NCBI GenBank assembly: GCA_002316595.1
Contig: DCDV01000006.1
Location: 1,217 to 58,224, forward strand
From: Mageeibacillus sp. UBA1046
GTDB lineage: Bacteria; Bacillota; Clostridia; Saccharofermentanales; DTU023
Reading direction: 5' to 3'
Length of the DNA stretch: 57,008 bases
The position numbers and the translations under genes are program-made. Below are positions 20,973 through 28,514 of the stretch, piece after piece (position 1 is the stretch's first letter; the number at the start of each line of letters is the position of its first letter). The notes below the pieces were generated by a model, which was given only the letters and a program-made list of their open reading frames with translations, did not search any database and was not told the origin of the DNA.

Positions 20973-21992
20973 ATGGAAATATCGAAAAATGAAATACGCA
21001 AGATGATTTTATATAATCAGAAAATAACAAACCTCTCAAGCGATCCGCTGGAAGTCTGTTCCAGACTTAACGGCTTTCAGACTAGAGCAGACAATACCAT
21101 GCTTGAGCAGTCTTTCGTTGTGCGCACGGAGCTTCAGGCATTCCGGAATACTGATTGGCGTGATGAGCTGGTGCGCTGCTGGTCAATAAGAGGACAATTA
21201 CACGTATTCCCGCATAAGGAAATTCCTCTTTACTTGCATAAGGGAAGATCTATCGGACTGCGTGATGTTGATGATAGCAGGACTGATATCTATCTTAAAG
21301 AAGAAGAGAAAAGGTTCTATGCAGATTTAATTTTGGAGAAACTGACTGAAAAACCGCGCACTTTGGATGAGCTCAAAGAAATCACCTCTGAAGCCGGGTT
21401 GCCTAAGGAAGCGGAAAGAAGTGTTTTTAATCCCTGGGGCGGGCTAATCAGATATTTGATAGAGACCGGACAGGTTTATCAGCAATACACCGATGGGGCG
21501 TATGTGCTTTTAGATGAACATGAGCCATGGGATCAGGAAGAAGCGGAACTGGAGATTGCACGCAGATACTTTGAGAATTATGGGCCCAGCACTATTGACG
21601 ATGCCCGCGCTTATTTCAAACAACGCAAGAGAGTAGTTCAGGAGTGGATGGATAAACTCGATCTTGAAGAAGTGATAGTAGATGGCGTGTCAAGATACGG
21701 TATAAATATTGACCATAAAACCGATACACTGCCGGATCTGTTGTTATTGTCAGGCTTTGATCCTTTGCTGGTAGGTTACGAGAAAGAGAAAAATCCTTTT
21801 ATTGAGTCCGAGCATGTCCGTGAGATCTTCGGATATTCCGGTCTGATAAGGCCCAGTATTCTCGTTGGAGACAGAATCGTCGGCACCTGGCGCTTTGTCG
21901 AAGGAAATCCCAAAATGAACATCTTCGCCGAACTGACCAAATCCGAATTGGAACGGATTGAAAATTTCCTGCATAATCTTGAGAGGCAATAA
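20973..21992 (+). CDS. winged-helix HTH_42 (YcaQ/AlkZ-like DNA glycosylase superfamily) protein
   Basis: ORF 20967..21992. N-terminal GFQTR at the position of the family Q-x-Q/D motif. WSIRGQLHVF resembles the family R-x-T-x-H block. Assignment made from memory of the family. Confidence 0.55.
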   Translation: MEISKNEIRKMILYNQKITNLSSDPLEVCSRLNGFQTRADNTMLEQSFVVRTELQAFRNTDWRDELVRCWSIRGQLHVFPHKEIPLYLHKGRSIGLRDVDDSRTDIYLKEEEKRFYADLILEKLTEKPRTLDELKEITSEAGLPKEAERSVFNPWGGLIRYLIETGQVYQQYTDGAYVLLDEHEPWDQEEAELEIARRYFENYGPSTIDDARAYFKQRKRVVQEWMDKLDLEEVIVDGVSRYGINIDHKTDTLPDLLLLSGFDPLLVGYEKEKNPFIESEHVREIFGYSGLIRPSILVGDRIVGTWRFVEGNPKMNIFAELTKSELERIENFLHNLERQ

Positions 21993-22063
21993 TCATTGTC
22001 GGGATAATGTCGACTTTACATAAATGGCAAGAGTTTATTGAGTCCTTATTGAATGAAAAAGGT

Positions 22064-22126
22064 GTTGCCGGGCTTGGGCAAGTAGTTGCCGGGCATGGGC
22101 ACATAGTTGCCGGTTGGGAGGAACAT
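22064..22126. repeat. 3 x 21-bp tandem repeat GTTGCCGGGCWTGGGCAMRTA
   Basis: Units at 22064, 22085 and 22106. The third unit degenerates into the RBS GGGAGGA of the AKR gene. Confidence 0.85.
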
Positions 22127-22127
22127 T

Positions 22128-23273
22128 TTGGAATATAGAGATTTTCCCCGCATCAAAGAAAGTCCTTCTCTTTTAGGCTTTGGGCTGATGAGACTTCCCT
22201 TGAACTCTGAGGATTCCAAGGATATTAATTATGAGCTCGGTCATAAAATGATAGAATACGCCCTGGACAACGGGATTAATTATTTTGATACAGCTTATAT
22301 GTATCACAGCGATATGTCAGAGATTTTTGTCGGGGAGGTATTAACAAAATTCCCCCGCGACAGATTCCTCTTGGCGGATAAACTGCCGGTAAACTGCATT
22401 GACACTCTGGATCAGGCGAAAGAAATTTTCGCTCATCAACTTGAGAAGTGTCAGGTAGAGTATTTTGACTATTATCTTCTCCACTCAATGCATCGGGAGG
22501 CCATTGATAAAGTAAATAAACTTAATATTTATGATTTGCTGGCTGATTACAAAGCACAAGGATTAATCAGGAATCTGGGCTTCTCTATCCACGACACTCC
22601 TGATGTAGTCGAGAGTTTTACGCTGCAGCATGACTGGGACATGGTGCAGATTCAGCTAAATTATGTTGACTGGGAGCTTCAAAACGCTAAACGCAGTTAT
22701 CAATTTCTGACAGAACATAATATTCCTGTACTTGTAATGGAGCCAGTACGGGGAGGTTCTTTGGCCAAACTTCCAGAGGACTGTAAAAAGATTTTTGAAG
22801 AAGCTGACGATACAGTAAGCGCCGCCAGCTGGGCTATCAGGTTCGTCGCTTCCCTGCCTGGTGTAATGACGATATTAAGCGGCATGAGTGATATGGAACA
22901 GCTGCAGGACAATATCAATACTGTTAACGGGGATTACCGCTTGGATCAGTCGGAACTGGATCTGCTGGATGAAGTACGAAAGCTCTATCTGGCCTCAGGC
23001 CGCATACCCTGCACAGCATGCGAATATTGTCTGCCCTGCCCCCAAGGAGTAAATATTCCTGAGACCTTCGCCATCTATAACAGATATCTGGATAGTGATG
23101 ACGGTGGCAGATTTTGCGGGAAATATTCCTCTTTGGGCGAAGGTCAGCCATGTGCCTGCACTGAGTGTAATGAATGTGAGCCAAAATGCCCGCAGAAAAT
23201 TAAGATTTCTGAGGAACTGACAAAACCCAGGTCATATTATGAGCACATTACAGCACCCGGCTGCGATTCATAG
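22128..23273 (+). CDS. aldo/keto reductase with C-terminal 4Fe-4S ferredoxin-like Cys cluster
   Basis: ORF 22107..23273. TTG at 22128 sits 7 nt after GGGAGGA and gives (M)EYRDF...LGFGLMRLP, typical of this AKR subgroup. C-terminal CTACEYCLPCP and CTECNECEPKCP. Confidence 0.85.
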   Translation: MEYRDFPRIKESPSLLGFGLMRLPLNSEDSKDINYELGHKMIEYALDNGINYFDTAYMYHSDMSEIFVGEVLTKFPRDRFLLADKLPVNCIDTLDQAKEIFAHQLEKCQVEYFDYYLLHSMHREAIDKVNKLNIYDLLADYKAQGLIRNLGFSIHDTPDVVESFTLQHDWDMVQIQLNYVDWELQNAKRSYQFLTEHNIPVLVMEPVRGGSLAKLPEDCKKIFEEADDTVSAASWAIRFVASLPGVMTILSGMSDMEQLQDNINTVNGDYRLDQSELDLLDEVRKLYLASGRIPCTACEYCLPCPQGVNIPETFAIYNRYLDSDDGGRFCGKYSSLGEGQPCACTECNECEPKCPQKIKISEELTKPRSYYEHITAPGCDS

Positions 23274-23325
23274 TACCTCTCCGCAGAAGTAATTCAGGAT
23301 CATACAATGCATCAGCGCCCGGCTG

Positions 23326-24615
23326 TTAATTATCCCTCTCGGGGTAATATAAGTGGGAGGCAAGACGGTGGAAGAGTGGTCTGGTAACAATTATCAAGAT
23401 GAGTTGAATGGTACCCGCGGCAATAAACAGCGACTGGATGGAGACGAGATCAGCTAACGGACCAAATAACAAAGTGCCCATCGGAATGGCAAACGAGCCT
23501 ACCATATAGTGCAGAGCGAAAGTCCTGCCCTGATATTTAGCCGGAACTTCTTCTTGCATAAACACAGTGTTGTTAGTCAAGTAGAAAGGCACCGTCAACC
23601 CGAAAAGCAGAAGTACCGCACCGAAAATCCAGATAGTAGCCCAGGGAGCGTATCCCAACAGTCCCAGAATAATTACGATCAGCGAAATCATCCCCGCCGC
23701 TACTCGCAAGACATGGATATTATTAAAGAATTGTCCCCTTCTGGCTACGATCAACCCGCCAATAGCCATTCCGGCAAATGCTGCTGTCTGCGAGATAGTG
23801 ATATTGAAGGGATCCAGACCGAAATTCCTGCGGATATAAAGCGGCAGCAAAGAGGCACCTGGAGATAACAAGATCATGAAGATTGCGTATACGGCCAGTA
23901 TGGCAGAAAGAAGTTTATGAGAGCGCACATATTTAACCCCTTCGATCAGTTCACGATATTGGGAGGTCTTGACCTTTTCTTCTCTCTCAAAATCCGGAAT
24001 CCTCACGATAAACAAACAGCTGATGGCTATCGCTGCGGTAATAACATCAATAAAGAATATCTGCCACATTGGCAGAAAACTTACAACCAGACCCCCTAAA
24101 GCCGGTGCAATCAGCTGGATAATATTTCCTGCTCCATGGTAAATAGCGTTAAATCTGACCAGACTTCCCTTTGGTACTATTTGCGGAACAATAGCAGTTA
24201 CAGCCGGAGAATGGATGCCGCTCCCGAAGGAACGAATGGCTGTAACGATGTAGATAAGCCACATAGCGTCATAACCTATCAGGAACATGACTGCAACGAG
24301 CAGCGTTGCCAGAGCAATCATCCCATCGGAAATAATCATTACCCATCTGCGATTGAAGCGGTCAGCCCAGACACCGGCAATCGGTGCGATGATTAACTGC
24401 GGCACGAAGCCTGCCAGTGTTATCGAAGTCATGGCGATACCGGAATTGGTGCGCAAAGTGACATACCAGATAATCGCGAATTGAACCAGTCCGGAGCCCA
24501 GCAGAGAGGCTAACTGACCCGAAAATAGAATTAAGGCTGTTTTGATCCAGCTACGATCAGTATTATTGTTCCCCTCATCATTACTGTTCCCCGGGTTTGT
24601 TAAGTCATTAACCAT
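23326..24615 (-). CDS. MFS transporter
   Basis: 429 aa, about 12 TM. Motif GVWADRFNRR between TM2 and TM3. Confidence 0.85.
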   Translation of the reverse strand: MVNDLTNPGNSNDEGNNNTDRSWIKTALILFSGQLASLLGSGLVQFAIIWYVTLRTNSGIAMTSITLAGFVPQLIIAPIAGVWADRFNRRWVMIISDGMIALATLLVAVMFLIGYDAMWLIYIVTAIRSFGSGIHSPAVTAIVPQIVPKGSLVRFNAIYHGAGNIIQLIAPALGGLVVSFLPMWQIFFIDVITAAIAISCLFIVRIPDFEREEKVKTSQYRELIEGVKYVRSHKLLSAILAVYAIFMILLSPGASLLPLYIRRNFGLDPFNITISQTAAFAGMAIGGLIVARRGQFFNNIHVLRVAAGMISLIVIILGLLGYAPWATIWIFGAVLLLFGLTVPFYLTNNTVFMQEEVPAKYQGRTFALHYMVGSFAIPMGTLLFGPLADLVSIQSLFIAAGTIQLILIIVTRPLFHRLASHLYYPERDN

Positions 24616-24814
24616 GCACTGCTCCGAAACCTCTCATCTGATAAACCGGCAAATGTTTTACAGAAAAATTCAGCACAAATTTTTAATAAATATATTTACC
24701 TGCTTAATTTTAACAGCAATTTCCTTTATGGCATACATTTTGAGTACAAGGTGTATACGGACAGCTTAAATTAGTAGTATTAGAGTCATGTCATCGAAAA
24801 GTCAGAAACAAGTA

Positions 24815-24915
24815 AAATTGAGACTTTCATGAACCGGATCACCGAAATTGAGACTTTTATGAACCGGATCACCGATATTGAAACTGCATGAACCGGTTCG
24901 CCGAATAATTGAGCG
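24815..24915. repeat. about 3.5 x 30-bp tandem repeat AAATTGAGACTTTCATGAACCGGATCACCG
   Basis: Units at 24815, 24845, 24875 and a partial unit at 24904. The third unit contains the 10-bp palindrome GAACCGGTTC (24890..24899). Confidence 0.85.
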
Positions 24916-24921
24916 CAGTAT

Positions 24922-24953
24922 TTGGACCTTATGTTCAGGTATAATATTATAAT
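24922..24953 (+). promoter_or_regulatory. candidate sigma-A promoter of addBA
   Basis: TTGGAC (24922) followed at 17 nt by TATTAT. Overlapping TATAAT hexamers at 24940 and 24948 leave the -10 ambiguous. Confidence 0.3.
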
Positions 24954-24973
24954 AACTAAGGGAGGATTCCCTG

Positions 24974-27900
24974 TTGAGGCTTTTTTACAGCACAGACCCT
25001 AATGTATTGACGGACCACTGTCTTGGCGAACTCAACTCTTACACTAAGAAAGATCAAATGAGACGCGCCTTTTTAATTGTGCCTGAAAGCATGAAGGCAG
25101 ATCTGGAAAGACAGTATCTGGAAAAGCATGATCATGCAGGACTGATGATGGCGGAGGTCTTGTCCTTCTCCCGGCTGGCGCACAGATTATTCTCTGAAGC
25201 CGGCGGACTGGCAGTCAGACGAATCAGTCAGGCAGGGAAGGCTCTTCTCATTCAGGAAATCTTGCAATCCGGATCTAAACTGACAACAAGCATTGAACAG
25301 CTGGACTCTGCTCCAGAGAATGCCGATAAAGAATCATCTTTAGCGGATAAAGGCGCTTATGCATCAGGCCCGGCAGATATTTCGAGTATACATGCAGATA
25401 AGGCGGACAGCCCGCAGACAGGTACGGGCGTGACGATTAGCTTTGCTTCCAAATTAGCCTCAAAGGCGGACAGCCAGCAGACAGGTACGGGCGTGACGGA
25501 TAACCCGCATCAAGACTCAAATGAGTCAAGTCTCCCGGGATTTAAACGATTCTCCAGATTTGTCGGACGTCCCGGATTTGCTGCTGAACTGGCCAGTGTT
25601 ATGGGAGATTTCAGTCGCTACGGCATATCATCAGCGGACTTAAGAGAAGCTTCTGCCACAGCGCCCACTGCCATCACAAAGGATAAACTATTTGATTTCT
25701 CCCTGCTTTGGGAACAATACCAAAAAGCATTATCAACACATGAATTAATCGACCCTGACCAAGATCTGGATCGTCTTATATCCCTGCTGCGCCAGGCAGC
25801 GGCAGAGCCCAGGCTTTCATTCCTAAAGGATACTGCCGTCTGGGTCCTGGGCTTTGGCGAGACCAGAGCTTTCACCGCTCAAGAATTATCAGTACTTGAA
25901 CTGCTGAATAAATACTGCGATTCAGTCACGGTTACTTGCAGCCTGGATTATCTGACAGCCGATGCCGCCGGACAAGGAGAAAATTCTGCTTCGCAGGCGG
26001 TATCTTCAATAACAAGTGACCCGATTTATAGCCATGGTCTGGATACCGCCCTCCAGATTATAAAGACAGCCGCTGGCAAACTCACTGTTAAACGACTGGA
26101 GGCAGAAGGAAAACAGGCTTTGGTCACATCAATATACGCAGCTAATCCCCGTGAAGAACTGCGCTATGTTTGTGGAGAAATCAGAGAAATACTGGTAAAG
26201 ACCAACTTGCAGCGGTGTGACATCGGCATTGCTCTGGCTGAGCCGGATGCCTACTATGATCTTTTAACTGCTACTGCCAAGGATTACGGACTGCCGGTCT
26301 TTATAGACAGGCGAACCCCCTTGACTCAGTCATCATTTCTCCGTTATATCGATGCCTTGCTGGAATACCTTCTGGAGAAGCCCGCTAATGATACCATCAT
26401 GCTTTACCTGCGCTCCGGTTTTGATCTTCTCCCCCGGCAAACTATTGACTACTTTGAGAACTTCTGCTTATCCAAGGGACTGATCTCCCCTCATGACATT
26501 TCCCGTTTTAACCCGCAGCAGCAAGTCACAGAGGGGAAAATCTCCGGCAGAGAGTATTCTCTTTGGCGGCAGGTTCAGGCAGTTTTGGAGCCACTTAATG
26601 ATCTGGGGAAGAATATCCGGCAGAAGAGACTGGGCTGGAAAAAGCTGGACTTGCTGTTTGACTGGGTTCAGAGCGAACAAGGACCTTTTAAAGCGCTGGC
26701 AGACAGAATTGCCAGTCTGCGGAAACAGGATGAAACTGAAGCCGCCCTCATCCTGGCTGATTCTTGGAATCTCTGGCTTAAGCTGAGGGATGAAGCTCAG
26801 ACAATCATAAGATCCCTGCTTCTCTCTCAAGCTGATTTCACCAGATTGCTGCGCGCCTCTTTGTCTGGATTTAGCCACAGCTCAATCCCTGTCGGTATCG
26901 ACAGTATTCGCGTTGGCAATTTGCGTCAGATGTCTGTTTATCCTGTGGAAGTATTGTTTGTTGTCGGCACCAATCAAGAGAACTTTCCCCCTCGGAGTTC
27001 TGAGGAGGGATTTTTGCGGGACTCTGAGCGTTCCTGGCTGGAAGAACACAGTCAAAAGAAATTTCCTAATCGCAAACAGGATCTCCCCCTGGCCAGAGAG
27101 TGGCAGATGCAGCAGCTGCTAGCTTCACCGCGCCGGCATCTTTATATCTCCGCTCCATCTTTAAACAAGGAGGAGACTTCTCTGGTACAAAAACAGCTGG
27201 AAGACAGAGGTGGTACGAAAACGATCGTACTGTCTTCGCCCTTTAGCCCTTCGGCGGCCTGGCATAGTAAAAAAACAGCGCAAATGCAGCTTAATCTTGC
27301 CCTGTCAGATCCTGTTGCCAGAAATAATCTTGAAACTGGCTGGCTGATCCTGTTGGAAGCACTGCTAATGACTGATAAAGAGGCAGATGTCGGCCTCAAT
27401 TCAGAGTTTCAAACTGAGATGCTCTCAGTATCTGCAGAGCAGGTGAAGCAACTCGTTTTACCGCGCAATGTCATCAGTGTGTCGCAGCTGCAGAAATACA
27501 ATAGATGCCCTTACACTTACTTTGCCTCTTATCTGCTGCGGCTGCATGAGCGGGAGACTTGGGAGCCAAGCGCCAGAGAACAAGGCAGTCTTATGCATGC
27601 AATGATGGAGATTGCTGTTTCAGAACTGATTACTCATCTGCAGACGGCTGCAGACGATAAGGAAAAAACTGCAATAACCGCAGACTGGTTTAGATTTTTG
27701 GACAGTGACAAGCTGGATAATTATTTTGAAACTGCGATTTCCATGACCGGTTTCAATCATTTTGATGTCCCTGAGATTCTTGGTCAGACTAAACAGCGGA
27801 TAATCAGGTATGCACATACTTCACTGCAGCTTACAGAAGAACAAGTCATACGGGATCAGCTATTTCCCAGCGCTGTTGAATGGCGCTTTCCTTTGCCTGA

Positions 27901-28501
27901 TCAAGATAATTTCTCTCTGCGGGCAGATGAATGGCAGGCTACACTCAAGGGAACGATAGACCGCATTGATACCGGAGGCGGCAGCTTCATGCTTATTGAC
28001 TACAAGCGGGGCAGCAGGAAGGTTTCTTATGCGGATATAGCAGCAGGAACCAATCTGCAGCTGCCTCTCTATCTCAAGGTATATCGCCATCTTTACCCGC
28101 AGGCTGTCCCGCAGGGATTTGGTTATTTTACCTTTAAAGATCAACGCAGCGACAACCGCAAGGGGATATCACCCGCAACAGATAATAAAGACCTGCTAAA
28201 AGACGCCTTCGACAAACAAAAATGTGAGGAAAGCCCGGAAAGGCTTGCAGTCATATCAGATTATTCAGCTGCGCGTGCAAATTCTACCATGCAAGCCATC
28301 CTGAAGGGAGATATAAGTGCCAGGCCAACTGTAATCAGAGAAAAACAATCGCCTTGCTCTTATTGTTTGCTCAAAGCCCACTGTCTTTATGATCGCAGGA
28401 CGAGAAGAGACAGAGTGCAGACTGAGATGAAGGAAAAGGAACTGGAACAAAACGCTTTTGCTCAGATTATGAAATGCCAAATTGAGCAGGAAGCTCACTA
28501 G
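24974..28501 (+). CDS. addB: helicase-exonuclease AddAB subunit AddB (no Walker A)
   Basis: 1175 aa. TTG start 7 nt after GGAGGA. LIVPE motif. C-terminal RecB-type nuclease (IDYKRGS) with Fe-S cysteines CPYTYF ... CSYCLLKAHC. Confidence 0.9.
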   Translation: MRLFYSTDPNVLTDHCLGELNSYTKKDQMRRAFLIVPESMKADLERQYLEKHDHAGLMMAEVLSFSRLAHRLFSEAGGLAVRRISQAGKALLIQEILQSGSKLTTSIEQLDSAPENADKESSLADKGAYASGPADISSIHADKADSPQTGTGVTISFASKLASKADSQQTGTGVTDNPHQDSNESSLPGFKRFSRFVGRPGFAAELASVMGDFSRYGISSADLREASATAPTAITKDKLFDFSLLWEQYQKALSTHELIDPDQDLDRLISLLRQAAAEPRLSFLKDTAVWVLGFGETRAFTAQELSVLELLNKYCDSVTVTCSLDYLTADAAGQGENSASQAVSSITSDPIYSHGLDTALQIIKTAAGKLTVKRLEAEGKQALVTSIYAANPREELRYVCGEIREILVKTNLQRCDIGIALAEPDAYYDLLTATAKDYGLPVFIDRRTPLTQSSFLRYIDALLEYLLEKPANDTIMLYLRSGFDLLPRQTIDYFENFCLSKGLISPHDISRFNPQQQVTEGKISGREYSLWRQVQAVLEPLNDLGKNIRQKRLGWKKLDLLFDWVQSEQGPFKALADRIASLRKQDETEAALILADSWNLWLKLRDEAQTIIRSLLLSQADFTRLLRASLSGFSHSSIPVGIDSIRVGNLRQMSVYPVEVLFVVGTNQENFPPRSSEEGFLRDSERSWLEEHSQKKFPNRKQDLPLAREWQMQQLLASPRRHLYISAPSLNKEETSLVQKQLEDRGGTKTIVLSSPFSPSAAWHSKKTAQMQLNLALSDPVARNNLETGWLILLEALLMTDKEADVGLNSEFQTEMLSVSAEQVKQLVLPRNVISVSQLQKYNRCPYTYFASYLLRLHERETWEPSAREQGSLMHAMMEIAVSELITHLQTAADDKEKTAITADWFRFLDSDKLDNYFETAISMTGFNHFDVPEILGQTKQRIIRYAHTSLQLTEEQVIRDQLFPSAVEWRFPLPDQDNFSLRADEWQATLKGTIDRIDTGGGSFMLIDYKRGSRKVSYADIAAGTNLQLPLYLKVYRHLYPQAVPQGFGYFTFKDQRSDNRKGISPATDNKDLLKDAFDKQKCEESPERLAVISDYSAARANSTMQAILKGDISARPTVIREKQSPCSYCLLKAHCLYDRRTRRDRVQTEMKEKELEQNAFAQIMKCQIEQEAH
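25400..25498 (+). repeat. in-frame 36-bp duplication, 63-bp period, inside addB
   Basis: AAGGCGGACAGCC(C/A)GCAGACAGGTACGGGCGTGACG at 25400..25435 and 25463..25498. Encodes KADS(P/Q)QTGTGVT twice. Confidence 0.85.
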
Positions 28502-28514
28502 GATATTACGATAA

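Noticed and set aside
24890-24899. LexA (Cheo) box upstream of addB
   Set aside because: GAACCGGTTC has a 2-nt spacer rather than the GAAC-N4-GTTC of Gram-positive SOS boxes. No properly spaced box was seen in 24616..24973.
24815-24915. Possible CRISPR array (regular 30-bp repeats). The 38219..38322 array was considered too.
   Set aside because: The units are directly abutting with no unique spacers, and no cas genes are nearby. They are plain tandem repeats.
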